A DNA stretch of 64,000 nt from Mustelus asterias. Its lineage: Eukaryota. Numbering within the stretch: the first letter of the stretch is position 1; each line of letters begins with the position of its first letter. Positions 1 to 12,145 of this stretch are shown in pieces. The translations under genes and the position numbers were made by a program. The notes below the pieces were generated by a model. The model ran no database searches. It was not told the DNA's origin and worked only from the letters and a program-made list of their open reading frames with translations. The stretch covers positions 12,400,001-12,464,000 of the forward strand of contig NC_135825.1 in the NCBI RefSeq assembly GCF_964213995.1, written 5' to 3'.

Positions 1-857
1 AAACACCACCTCCCACGATAATGCATTGATCACCGATCCAAGAAGAATGATTTCCATAAAGAACTCCATCTAAAAACACTCTATAATAGAATCAAGGTTG
101 TACCTGCTATTATGTCCAGTCTACAACCAGTTCCTAATTTGAACTATTTTAATTTCCAGAAACAGTTGATATACGATGTTTACCAGTTTATGGAGATATT
201 AATAAGTCAGGACTTTCTTGATATTTGTGAAGAATCGGATTGGGATGATAACATCTCTGGTGAGGCTAAAAGATTTTCCCTCGGAAACCAAGCCTCAAAG
301 CTAAACCTGAGATGACTAACAATTCATAGGATTAAACCCTTGCAGACTTATTAGTAAGCTACAATTAGAGAGTAAATACACCCCCTACCATAATTCACAG
401 AGATCCGCACATGGAAGATGAGCCAAACTATCAACTTACATCAAACAATAAAAGCATTGATAAGGTGTTAAAACCAATACTTCACTGATAATTTGTCTAA
501 ACAAATGAAAATATGTAGGACGATGATGGCTACCAATCAAAAACCATCAAAAATAACATAAGCTACAAGCGTTATTAAAACACAGATCCAAACTACCAAA
601 ACAAACAGAATGAAAATCAGTTCTTGGGCATCAGAAATGATTAATCCTGGTGAACAGGAATCATCTCATCATTTGGAACTTGCCCAATCGTATCATTCTT
701 CACCAGATTTCCCTCGTCCTGAATTTCTACAATCTAAACACCTGTTAGCTCATCACTTGTCCCCTTGTTCACATCGAGGGATCTAACTAAACGATTTTGC
801 TCATCTCATACCCAAGCGAGCTTCACTGATCCCTGTGACAGGGTTGATGCAATATCA

Positions 858-966
858 GACTATCTGTCTGATTATCTGTCCGATTATCTGTCTGATTATC
901 TGTCCGATTATCTGTCTGATTATCTGTCTGACTATCTGTCTGATTATCTGTCTGATTATCTGTCTG
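858..966. repeat. 12-bp tandem repeat (GATTATCTGTCT)n, about 9 copies
   Basis: Directly visible; produces the SDYL/TDNQ/RQII repeats in overlapping ORFs. Confidence 0.95.
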
Positions 967-1163
967 CAAAGTCTGCATTGGTGAAGAATCAGATGGAGAA
1001 GAATCAAACCAAAAGAAAAGGAACGAGCATATGGGCCACATGTTTTCAACACAACACGATATTGATGATTATACTGAGTACTATATACCTTCATTTGATT
1101 TACATGATACCATCCAGTCTTTCCAGAATCCATTAACACCTTCTACACAGATGGACTCATCTT

Positions 1164-2100
1164 TAGAACATATAACATTCCAGCGCAGTACAGGCCCTTC
1201 GGCCCTCGATGTTGCGCCGACCAGTGAAACCAATCTAAAGCCCCTCTAATCTACACTATTCCAATATCATCCATATCTTTATCCAATAACCAGTTGAACG
1301 CTCTCAACATTGACGAGTCCACCACTGCTGCAGGCAGGGCATTCCACGCCCTTACTACTGTCTGAGTAAAGAACCTACCTCTAACATCTGTCCTATATCT
1401 CTCACCGCTCAATTTAAAGCTATGTCCCCTCGTGCTAGCCAACACCATCAGAGGAAAAAGGCTCTCACCATCCACCCTATCTAATCCTCTGATCATCTTG
1501 TATGCCTCTATTAAGTCACCTCTTAACCTTCTTCTCTCTAACGAAAACAACCTCAAGCCCCTCAGCCTTTCCTCATACGATTTTCCCACCATACCAGGCA
1601 ACATCCTGGGAAATCTCCTCTGCACCCTTTCCAACACTTCCACATCTTTCCTATAATACGGCGACCAGAACTGTACGCAATACTCCAAATGTGGCCGCAC
1701 CAGAGTTTTGTACAGTTGCAGCATGACCTCCTGGCTCCGAAACCCAATCCCTTTACCAATAAAAGCTATCACACCGTATGCCTTCTTAACAACCCTATCA
1801 ACCTAGGTGCCAACTTTCAGGGATCTATGCACATGGACACCCAGATCCCTCTGTTCATCCACACTACCAAGTATCTTACCATTAGCCCAGTACTCTGTAT
1901 TCCTGTTACTCCTTCCAAAGTGAATCACCTCACACTTTTCCGCATTAAACTCCATTTGCCACCTCTCAGCCCAGCTCTGCAGCTTATCTATGTCCCTCTG
2001 TAACCTGCCACTTCCCTCCCCACTGTCTACAACTCCACCGACTTTAGTGTCATCCGCAAATTTACTAATCCATCCTTCCACGCCCTCATCCAAGTCATTT
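1164..2100 (-). mobile_element. 5'-truncated CR1 (HER1-like) LINE inserted in the ERV integrase
   Basis: ORFs 1803-2093 (ISKFADDTK) and 1251-1772 (LVRPHLEYCVQFWSP), plus CR1 3' tail; the integrase frame is split at ...SIVDK | MSPSV. Confidence 0.95.
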
Positions 2101-2599
2101 ATCTACAATGGAATGGAGTCCAGAATCTCTGGGAGAGAAGAATGTACCTGGTTGATAAATCTGTTGTCCCACCTGATTCACAATTGGATTCACTTTACCA
2201 TCAAAAGAAGCCTTACTCTGCTTCCTTCTATATCCCATTTGAACAGCGGCTGACATCTGGGCAGCTTGAACATTGTGCAACAATCACTGTACAATTCTCT
2301 CATGACTGAGGGCAATTATTTCAGATTCAGAAAAGTTCAATCCTAAAAGAAGTTGATCCCTCATGGGATGTCCAGTCATTAAAACATGTGGAATAAATGC
2401 AGTTGAATTTGAAACTGTATTTCGTACTATCATCGGAACAAAGGGTAATACTGTGTTCCACGCGGAATTATTTTGCTGTACGCTTTTCCGAATCAGGGTT
2501 TTTAAAGGACGATTCGTCTTTTGTACTATTCCACTCGATTGAGGATGATAGGCAATATGGAAGTTTTGGCTGATCCAAAATAAGGTCATGACATCCTGC

Positions 2600-3202
2600 A
2601 TGAAATGAGTAGTAGCCCACCAACGCTTTTACTTTCTCAGATGGTGAAGGGAATTTGGTACATCTGCTGCGGCTCTCACCAACGTTTACAGATGCACCAT
2701 AGAAAGCAGTTTTTCTGGTTGTATCACTGCTTGGTATGGTTCCTGCACTTCCCAAGACCGCAAGAAAATACAAAATGTTGTGAATGTAGCTCAATCCATA
2801 ACGCAAACCAGCCTCCCATCCACTGACTCTGTCTACACTTCCCACTGCCTCAGCAAAGCAGCCAGCATAATCAAGGACCCCACACAGCCTGGACATACTT
2901 CCTTCCACCTTCCTCCGTCAGATAAAGGGTACAAAAGTCTGAGGTCACGTACCAACCGACTCAAGAACAGCTTCTTCCCTGCTGCTGTCAGACTTTTGAA
3001 TGGACTTATTTAGTTGATATTTAGTTAACTCATATTTAGTTGATCTTTCTCTTCCCTAGCTATGACTGTAACACTGCATTCTGCAGTATCTCATTTCCTT
3101 CTCTCTGAACGGTCTGCTTTTTCTGGATAGTGCGCAAGAGACTCAATACTTTTCACTCCATACCAATACATGTGACAATAATAAATCAAATCAAATCAAA
3201 TC
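2600..3202 (+). mobile_element. Rex1/Babar-clade LINE 3' fragment
   Basis: YRCTIES...AASIIKDPT..GHTSFHL..YKSLRSRTNRLKNSFFPAAVRLLN C-terminus; (AATCA)n tail after AATAAA. Confidence 0.85.
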
Positions 3203-3783
3203 AGTAAAAAGAATGTTTTGATCTGATTCGATGCTACGTGGGAGTACCCATCTGGTAAACACTTGCGGTACCAGAATATTAACTGTCACTTTCGCTGTGT
3301 TACTATGGGTGGGGAATGCTTCAACTCATTTACTGAAAGTGTCAATTATTACCAGGATACATCGATATCCTCCCTGACATGGTGGTAAAGGACCAACATC
3401 ATCTATCTGCAAATTAGTGCATAGCCCTTCAATTGCTCCTGTATGCTTCAATTTCCCTTTACTTGCGCACCTATCAGGGTTATTTTGTAGACATACTCAA
3501 TAGTTACCTACATAATGCTTTACGTGTTTAGTCATGTTAGGCCACCAGCATCCCTTTAATTCAATCAGCAGTTGTTTCTGCTCCCTGATGACCCTGAACA
3601 TCATGATATTGGTAAATGATTTGATTATGATCTTGAGTTGGTACCACATACAATCCATTCTTAAGAATAAACCCATCCTGTAGTTGAAACTTATCTTTCC
3701 ATTTGTCATAAGAAGCAGGGTGTGCTCCATCCTGCAGCTATTCTGAATCATCATCATGATACTGAACCTGTTTAAGATCTTCC

Positions 3784-3911
3784 AGGCAGAATTCTCTGGC
3801 TGTGCTTGTCTAAAAGCCAGTAATTCCCGCCTGTCTGTCAATGGGGTTTCGCATTGTCCGCAACCTGCCCGCTAAAATTCCAGTGGCGGGTGAGATGGGA
3901 GAATTCCGGCC
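3784..3911. mobile_element. Small MITE-like element with imperfect terminal inverted repeats
   Basis: GGCAGAATTCTC ... GAGAATTCCGGCC termini; similar short element at about 43460-43590. Confidence 0.45.
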
Positions 3912-3953
3912 TCCATACTCACCTGACAAACAGTAACAGCATCTATCTATCGT

Positions 3954-4228
3954 GGGCGGCACGATGGCACAGTGGTTCGCACTGCTGCCTCACAGTGCCA
4001 GGGACCCGAGTTCGATTCCCAGCTTGTGTCACTGTCAGTGTGGAGTTTGCATGTTCTTCCCGTATCTGCGTGGGGGTGCTCCGGTTTCCTCCCACAGTCT
4101 GAAAGACATGCTGGTTCGGTGCATTGACCCAAACAGGAGCCGGACTGTGGCAACTGGGGGAATTTCACAGTACCTTCATTGCTGTGTTAATGCAAGCATT
4201 GCTTGTGACTAATAAATGAATAAACTTT
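3954..4228 (+). mobile_element. HE1-like V-SINE (alternative tail)
   Basis: tRNA-like head with A/B boxes (TGGCACAGTGG, GTTCGATTCC) and V-domain core GGAGTTTGCA...GGTTTCCTCCCACAGTC. Confidence 0.85.
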
Positions 4229-4429
4229 TTACTTTAACTATCTGTTCACCTACTGGAGGCTGCCATGATTCTCCCTTTTCAAGCACCTTGTTTTGCCAAT
4301 TCATCTGCTCAACAATTCCCAATGGGAGAGGTTATGTGATGTGCCCTAAACCTAATGATCATTCCAAAATAGCGCTGCCAATATGTCTTCCTTCTTCCTC
4401 AATCGTGTTTTTCCATCCACTGTGGTTGA

Positions 4430-5190
4430 CAGGGCTCTCAACCGTGTCCAACCCATCCCCTAGGCCACTGCTCTCACCCCCTCCCCTCCCTCCTAGAACC
4501 AGGATAGGGTCCCCTTGTTCTCACTTTTCACCCCACCTGTCTCCGCATTCAAAGGACCATCCTCTGCCATTTCCTCCAACTCCAGCATGATGCCACTACC
4601 CAACACATCTTCCCCTCATTCCCTCCCCTCCCACCCCCCATCAGCATTCCGCAGGGACCACTCTTTCCGGGACACCCTGGTCCACTCCTCCATCACACCC
4701 AACACCTCACCCGCTGCCCACGTCAACATGCCATGCAATCATAGAAGGTGTAACACCTGCCCCTTTACCTCCTCCCTGCTCACTGTCCCAGGCCCTAAAC
4801 ACCCCTTTCAGGTGACGCAGTGGCTCCTCCAATCTGCTCCATTGCATTTGCTGCTCCCAATGCGGTCTACTCTACATTGGAGAGGCCAAAGGAAGACTGG
4901 GTGACCACTTTGCTGAACACCTTCGGTCCATCCGCAAGCAGGACCCTGACCTTCCTGTCGCTTGCCTCTTCAACACACCGCCCTGCTCTCCTGTCCACAT
5001 GTCCGTCCTTGGCCCTTTGCAATGTTCTAGTGAACCCCAACGCAAACTGGAGGAACAGCAGCTCATCTTCCGATTGGGCACTTTACAGCCTTCCGGACTG
5101 AACATTGAGTTAAGACCATATTCTTCCTGCTGCGATTTTCCAGAATATTCTGTTTTTGTCTCAGATTCCAGCATCCGCAGTATTTTGCTT
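4430..5190 (+). mobile_element. Penelope-like retroelement fragment (GIY-YIG endonuclease)
   Basis: PCNHRRCNTCP; CICCSQCGLLYIGEAKGRLGDHFAEH; EEQQLIFRLGTLQPSGLN. Confidence 0.85.
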
Positions 5191-6240
5191 TTATCTTGCT
5201 TGTGGAGTCTGTTTCATCGTTGTCTGGGGATTACTGTTTTTCATGTCAATGGAGTTAATTTATTTAACTCTCTGGAATCAATTGTCAGTCTCCAAGAACC
5301 ATCCGGTTTCCTAACTGGCCAAATTGGTGAATTGTTTGTGGAAGCTACAGGTCGGAAAGCTCCCTGTTGTAGCAGACTCGTGATTACTTTTGTAATCTCC
5401 CCTTCAGCTTGTTTAAGGGAAGCCGCACTGCCTTTGAGGTTTTGGCTCAGAGCCCTCGACGATTATTTCTCCTCTCATTCGACCACAGTCACGCTTACGC
5501 GTCGCAAATGCAGCTGCATGTTCAGCAATCATCTCTTGTTTTGTTCCATCATCAGACATATCGGCAGGTTTAAACCAAAATTCCCCAACTCTACAAACCC
5601 TGTCTGCATAAGTCCCTGTGGATATCTGTATTGGCGTTTCATTCACATCAGCCATCTACCAGATACAACAATGCGACAGGTCAAAAGACAGATTACATCT
5701 GCTAATAGAATTGGAACCCAAAATGTGCTCTGCCATTCGGGAAAGACGTACTAAAATAGCCGGGTGATAATAAACTGCATCCCCAAATTAAACTCAATCA
5801 AGTCCATTTCAAGTCTTTGTTGGAAATGTCCTGTAAACCCACTCAAAGTAATTGTCCCTTGCTTCCACCAGGAAAAACCAATATTGCTGGATGTGTTAAA
5901 GGGAGTGCAAGAACTCCCTGTTTCTCAAAGGCATTTGATAGGGTGGCCTCCCACCCCACCTTCCACCACGGGTCTCCCTGCACCATCCCACTTGGCATCA
6001 CACACCCACGCTGGAGAGGCTGGGTGCAGTCATGGTCCCCATAGTTGTCGATAAAGAGAAACAATCTCCTCCACTTCCCTCCAGTGGCAGAGTGTTGACT
6101 CTGACTATCGCTCCCCCCCCCCACTCCCACCCCCCGCATTTGTTCTGATGTGGCCCCCAGCCTGGGTTGGCCTTGTCGCATCAACAATGATTATCACCAG
6201 CTCTGCTAGCTTAATGCCAGCATTAAGATATTTTCCCCTG

Positions 6241-7000
6241 TGTGACTAACAAATGACAGATCGACTCAAATAAACTCATTCTTTACTTAACATTTCAGAG
6301 ACAAATACTCAACATCAATATACATTAGTTGCAACACTAACTTTAACTTTGTCAATTCAATTAATTTTACTTCAAACTTAACTTTCACTCACTGGACTTT
6401 AAGTTTTGACTGAAAGCAAATACTACCCATTTGATTGAACTGGCCAGGTCCGACCTTGGGTATGGATCTTCCTCAAGATTCTTTGTTCTGATCTTCGTTG
6501 TCCTTCATTGTCCTTCTCTGAAGCTGACCTTCAGGGTCCACATCGTGAATGTGATTCTCGAGTTTCCGCTAAGGAAAAGACTCAAAGTTCCTCTTTTTAT
6601 CTTAAACTTTGCACATCCTTCCAGAATGTTCTCCGGCACTGAACCAATTAGACCACTGAGAACTAATCCTTATTTGGTCAACACAGGAAGGCTCAGGTCA
6701 TGTCTCACTGGACAGGTCACAACTTCCTTCAGCCTTCTCTTGGTCAAGTTCAACTCAACTTGACCAAAATTCCCAGCATGCTTCATTGTAGCTCTGAACA
6801 ATTCCTGTTGCTGCTGTTGCCATTGGCCACCCAGCCACAAAGACCATTGGTCTAATATCTCTTCAGGTCAAGTCCACTCGTTCCTCCGGCTGCTCCATTT
6901 CCATACCTCGGACCAATATGTCGGGAATTTGGACCCTTTACAGATTTTGCCTGAAAAATTATTTCTTTTGTTTCCTCACTATTCTTATCCTGACCACCAC
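6241..7000 (-). mobile_element. Possible solo LTR
   Basis: TGTG...CACA termini with minus-strand TATA-like and AGTAAA-like motifs; no TSD found. Confidence 0.3.
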
Positions 7001-7661
7001 ATGACAGTGGGAATGATTCTGTGTTTATTCCCCTCCAGGTTCTGCTCAGTGATCAGTCTCCAAGTTTCTGAATCTTCTCAGCTCTCTGCCTTTCTATGTT
7101 CTTGGTTGCCTGAACCTTCCCTTTCCAAATCCTCCTTCAGAACAGGCCGCAGAGAACAAGGACGAGAGGCTGGAAATTCTCTCGACAGTTTACGTTTCGC
7201 TGATTGAATTGGAGAAGACTCTCTGAATTAAGTTGTTGTTGCTGTTTGAAAGAAAGAATTGCATTTCCATAGCGTCGTTGTTGTAATGGAGAAAAAATAA
7301 CTTTTTCCTTCAAACAGCAACACAATAATGACTGAATAATCTCTTTTTTCAGCAGGATAAATATTGGTGAAGACACACTGGAGAATTCACCTGCTCCTCT
7401 TCACAATACCACCATGGGGAGGTTTACACCCACCCGGGAGGGCAGATAGTGTCGTGATGGTTACCTGCACAACTCCCACTTGCTGCGAAACCATTCACCA
7501 CCCCATTCATTACAATTTGTCACCCGTCCTCCCCATGAAATCTGCATCAGCCCCAACAGAACCTGCTTTCAAATTGTCCACACTCCCATTATTCCACTGC
7601 CATCCTTCCAAGGGGTTTCATTTCCCCCCCAGGTCAGCCATGGCCCAACCCAGGCCTCCAA

Positions 7662-7963
7662 GGGCAGCAGGGTGGCACACTGGTTAGTACTGCTGCCTCA
7701 CAGTGCCAGGGGCTTGGGTTCGATTCCCGGCTTGGGTCACTGTCTGTGCGGAGTTTGCACGTTCTCACCGTGTCTGCATGGGTCTCCTCCAGGTGCTCCG
7801 GTTTCCTCCCACATTCTGAAAGACGTGCTGGTTAGGTGCATTGACCATGCTAAATTCTCCCCCAGTGTACCCAAACACGTGCTGTAGTGTGGCAACTGGG
7901 GAATTTTCACAGTAACTTCATTGCTGTGTTAATGTAAACCTACTTGCGATACGAATAAATAAA
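7662..7963 (+). mobile_element. HE1-like V-SINE (alternative tail)
   Basis: Same head, core and tail as 3954-4228. Confidence 0.85.
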
Positions 7964-8591
7964 TATCAAACTAACAATTCCTCTGAGTCATCAGAACCTC
8001 CTCCTCAGCAGACATCTAAATCGATACCTAAGACTTCCGGCCATCCTCCAAGGCCACCAATCCCATGCACCATCACCGAGGTCGGCAATCTTCATCTCCT
8101 GAAATCCCAAACCTACCCAAGATCTGAAAACCCCCCTCCTGCCAGGATTTAATGTGTGAGTCACATCCCATCCCTACTGCCTACACCACCTCTCAGGTCA
8201 GATCAAGGACCTCTTTGCTCCTGTCATCTCCTCCGGGCTGCTCCCCAACTAACTGCAAGTTGGACCCGTCAATTAGGTTTGTTTCTCGGTGTCTCACAAT
8301 CACACTCTGGAGTCAAGGCCCACAGTGTGAAGCAGAACCCCAATTTCCAGGCCCCCCAACCCATCCCCGTTCGCCCAGCCCCTGTCAGTGGGTCAGGAAA
8401 ATACACCAAATATTTAAATAAATATATCCTTGAGAGAAATGCTTTGGGTCACCCTGAGACTGTGATAAATGTCAATATTAATCTTTCTTTTCATCACAAG
8501 CTAGGTGGAATTTAACTCATTATCATGTCTGTGTTTGAATGAAGCAATTATTCCCTGTTCAATTCCTGAAATGTTGTCTCCTCTGTTTCAG

Positions 8592-8897
8592 GTGCATTGT
8601 GGGCAAAAAAGGAAATAACAGGAATTGTGGGAAGATCGATCACAATCGATTGTCACTATGGTGTGTGGTACCGGTCACACGTAAAATATTGGTGTCGTGG
8701 CTGGTTTCGCTGGTGTGATATTGTAGCAGCGACAAATCGGCAAAATGGCAGAATATCAATCACAGATGACAAGAGACAAGGAGTATTTGTTGTCACTATG
8801 AAGGATCTTCGCTCAGGAGATGCAGGAAAGTACAGCTGTGGAATTGAAACGTCTGGTCGCAATCAAATGTATAAAGTAAAGCTACAAATATCTGACG
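8592..8897 (+). CDS. Gene A exon V1: CD300/pIgR-type Ig V domain (MDIR/CMRF35-like receptor)
   Basis: tttcag|GT acceptor, GAC G|gtacgc donor, 306 nt, phase 1-1. ITIDCHY..KYWC-x6-C..RISITDD..DLRSGDAGKYSCG, with the extra C-C' disulfide typical of the CD300/pIgR/TREM family. Confidence 0.92.
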
Positions 8898-9728
8898 GTA
8901 CGCTATGCTCAGTGATTATCTTTATTACTTGAGAAAGGTCTTATGAATGAAGGTTTTGTGGATCCTCACTTCTGTGGTGAACTCCGACCTGGTTGTCCGC
9001 CAGGGCCTCCCGTTAAAACTCCAGTCCACGCTCCTTGAAGGGAGTCAGGAGACGCAGCTCAGGAACCCCACCGCTCCTGCTCGAGGCGATTATGGGCCGA
9101 CTTCTCCTGCGGGGACTAAAGTGGGGATTGAAAGGCTGATGGCCGGAAGGGCGCAGGGTGTTGCGGGAGTTCGGGCAATCGGGTGGCGTATATCGGGACC
9201 GTGCCTCAGAAGGCAGGAGTTGGAATGGGGGGGAATGGCGGTGCCAGAAACTTTGGAGGCTGGTGTTAGGGGTTCGGGTGATGGAAGGCCATGGGATGGA
9301 GTGCATCAACATGGGCATTCCAGGAGCGACAGAGGGCACTGATGGCAGGACAGGATGGACACTCACCCTTGCTGCCTGAAGGAGGTCATTCATTTCTTTT
9401 CCCCACTGGGCCATGTTCCTTCACTGCCACTGCCGCCGCCTCCCAGGCTGCATTGCCGGCCCAACCCCTGGGCCGCTGACCAACCTGAGGGAAGAATCTC
9501 ATCCTTCTCTCCTACATGGCATCCAGCTGGTGTCTCAGCTCTCCCTCGGTGAAGTGTGGAGCTGCCCCTCATGGTGCCAGCTTCCCCTCGCGACTGACTG
9601 CGAGTCCATCGTTAGAGCTTGAATTCAGCTCCCCCTTGTTAACGGCACACAGCTGTGGCCACTCTGGGTGAGTCACGTGTCTGGAGGCTCCATAATGACC
9701 CGATTCACATGGAGGCTCTTTCATTGCA

Positions 9729-10076
9729 TAGAAATCATAGAAACCCGACAGTGCAGAAAGAGGCCATTCGGCCCATCGAGTCTGCACCGATCACAATCCT
9801 ACCCAGGCCCTACCCCCATAGCCCTACACATTTACCCGCTAATCCCTCTAACCTACACATCCCAGGACACTAAGGGGCAATTTTAGCATGGCCAATCAAC
9901 CTAACCCGCACATCCTTGGACTGTGGGAGGAAACCGGAGCACCCGGAGGAAACCCACGCAGACACGAGGAGAATGTGCAAACTCCACACAGACAGTGACC
10001 CAAGCCGGGAATCGAACCCAGGTCCCTGGAGCTGTGAAGCAGCAGTGCTAACCACTGTGCTACCATGCCGCCCCCA
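9729..10076 (-). mobile_element. Full-length HE1 V-SINE with 6-bp TSD
   Basis: TSD ATTGCA at 9723-9728 and 10077-10082; empty site in the paralogous intron at about 18003 (tcattgcacttt). Confidence 0.93.
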
Positions 10077-10325
10077 ATTGCACTTTATTTAAAGAGAGAA
10101 GGGAATCCTTTAATTGCTTATTCATTGTCTTTAACTGTACAAAGCGATGGGCAGTAGTTGGAGATTTACTTATGTCCCTATAACGAGACAGAGGCCTTCC
10201 ATGCCCGGTGGACACCACAGGGGTTCGACTGTTTTATTGACCCCGTTCACCACATGTCATTTTGATGTTTTATGCCTCCTTTGAGATTTTATTCGAGTCA
10301 ATATCTCTTTAAGAGGTTAATTAGT

Positions 10326-10531
10326 TTCGATTTGATTTGATTTATTATTGTCACATGTATTAGGATACAGTGAAAAGTATTGTTTCTTGCGCGCTATACA
10401 GACAAAGCATACCGTTCATAGAGAAGGAATGGAGAGAGTGCAGAATGTAGTGTTACAGTCATAGCTAGGGTTTAGAGAAAGATCAACCTAATGTGAGGTC
10501 GGTCCATTCAAAAGTCTGATGGCAGCAGGGA
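10326..10531 (-). mobile_element. Rex1 3'-tail fragment (paralogous copy at about 18253-18457)
   Basis: Reverse complement of the tail seen at 2970-3202. Confidence 0.75.
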
Positions 10532-11259
10532 GTTATCCCTCAACTTGTTGATTTAGTTTCATTTGTTACCCCAAAATACAACAACGAGATACAGGGCGAG
10601 ATTTTCCACTCATCCCACACATTCTCTCGCCAGCTTCCAGTTTCAGGGTGGGAGCGTTCCAGCTCACCCTCAGAGAACTGGAACCAATCAAATCTACACT
10701 CCCATCGAACGCTCCAAAACTTCAAACACAAATCTGGCAATATTGGCTCCTTTTCTGCCGTGGATTATTTCAAGTTCTCACCAACTAATTCACATTCAAA
10801 ACAAGAACAATGAAATAGCATTGAAGCTCATTCTTCAGAGACGTCAGGATCAGGGTCAGGCAGCTGTTGGATTTTCAAGGATAAAGTAAACTCACCCGGG
10901 CTTGCCCCTCGCTGTCTCCATTCTCAGATCAGCAACTCCCACCTCAGCCAAGTGAGACCCTCCAGCACCAGGACCCCACCCACTCTTCCTGATTGGATGA
11001 TGAGTTCAGTCCCTAGCCTTTAATTGGCTGGAGCATTGGAGATAGCAATGGGCAAGCCTAAAGTGTAACGCGCGGTGTCTGGACCCAGACTATCTCCCGT
11101 GTCCCGTTCCCAAACCCTGATTAAACATCCACCCCATGGAGACATAGATGTCAGAATCCAACATGGCGACCCCTGGCTGAGACACTGAAGGGAAAAACAA
11201 GAAGGTATTTGATGTTTGGATGTTCACCCAGTATCTAAATGATTGTTTCCATTCTACAG

Positions 11260-11583
11260 AACCCGTCTCTGTTCCTGTGCTCCGATTTTTGACACCACTT
11301 TATGTCTCACTTCCTGGGGGCTCAGTGTCCGTCTCCTGTGAGTCTGTCCAGGGATCACTTCCCATTCAGTACACATGGTACGAAAAGACCCCGTCTGAAG
11401 ATTCAAAGATCTCTGACACCAATAAACTGGATCTACATTGTCAATCCTTCAAACAGCAACATCATCAATATTACTGCACAGCCTCAAATCACCAGGGAGA
11501 AAAATCCAGTGAAATGGTTACAGTGTCAGTGATCAACAGATCAGGGGAGAATTGCAGTTATGAGATACAAAATAGACGCCGTG
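11260..11583 (+). CDS. Gene A exon C1: C2-type Ig domain
   Basis: ctacag|AA acceptor, G|gtaagt donor, 324 nt, phase 1-1; EPVSVP..VSCESVQGSLPIQYTWY..YYCTASN. Confidence 0.92.
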
Positions 11584-11800
11584 GTAAGTGTTATTTTATC
11601 CAATCAATATGGTTGATGTTTTTTTTATTCTTGCCTATTGATATATATTTGATTGGTTACATAATTGCATTAAGAGCTGATCACATGACTTGATGGTGAT
11701 GTCATCAGGGTGCTGCAAAGGCTGCCTTTATAATTTCAGTTTGTATTCTGTGCGGGCAAGGCCTCCTGGAATAAACTTGTTGTGTGTTACTTTGAAACTA

Positions 11801-12120
11801 TGGGGGCAAACTTATGAAAAATATTCTAAATCCAGGGCCCATGTGAAAATGGGAGAGTTTCTGACCCATTTCCCGGGAGAGTCCATGTCTGCGATCTTCT
11901 GCACTTAGAGTGAAAAAACCCAGTAAAAACCGTTTCTCGCTTGTAGGTTGAAGGGCCGAGGCTTAAATCACCAGAAGATTGGCTCAGAGCAGCAGAGGGT
12001 GCCATTGCGCATGTGCAGGTCCCTCTGCTCTGAGGGCAGAGAGGTCTGTCAGTCAGCCTCTGCTGAACAGGATTCACAATTGGGTGCAGGAGTGAAGATG
12101 AAGTTTGGAACCGCAAAGAA
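11801..12120 (+). mobile_element. Terminal fragment of a non-autonomous DNA transposon (Harbinger-like)
   Basis: Resembles the termini of the elements at 14449-15420 and 24290-25445 (GC-rich start, CATTGCGCATG motif). Confidence 0.4.
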
Positions 12121-12145
12121 GAAGTCAAAACAGCAAACACATATC

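Larger units (their letters stand above)
960..5900 (-). mobile_element. Decayed endogenous retrovirus pol (protease, RT N-terminus, RNase H C-terminus, integrase), class III/spuma-like, interrupted by younger insertions
   Basis: Manual minus-strand translation. Protease-like ITLSGFTG...HILG (~5700-5865). VEGSEPKPQRQ / SLLQQGAFRPVASTNNSPIWPVRKPDGSWRLTIDSRELNKLTP (5244-5460). RNase H RAHHITSPIGNC*ADELAKQGA (~4280-4360). Integrase WWPNM, LQIDDVGPLPPCQGGYRCILVIIDTFSK*VEAFPT (~3310-3560), HIAYHPQSSGIVQKTN (2284-2601) and C-terminal SPSV*KVLMDSGKTGWYHVNQMK (~1090-1160). Stops and frameshifts throughout; LTRs not identified. Confidence 0.85.

Noticed and set aside
765-1139. SDYL/TDNQ/RQII repeat proteins or a CRISPR-like array
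   Set aside because: Translation artefacts of a 12-bp tandem repeat with no spacers; eukaryotic context.
8321-8360. CACAGTG heptamers near V exons (also about 44930-44946 and 31729) as V(D)J recombination signals
   Set aside because: No ACAAAAACC-like nonamer at 12 or 23 spacing; the V exons are complete through the G strand and end in splice donors.
8947-9720. ORFs in the V1 intron duplicated at 17216-18000
   Set aside because: Frames are not conserved between copies (indels and a stop); probably an unclassified repeat carried by the duplication.
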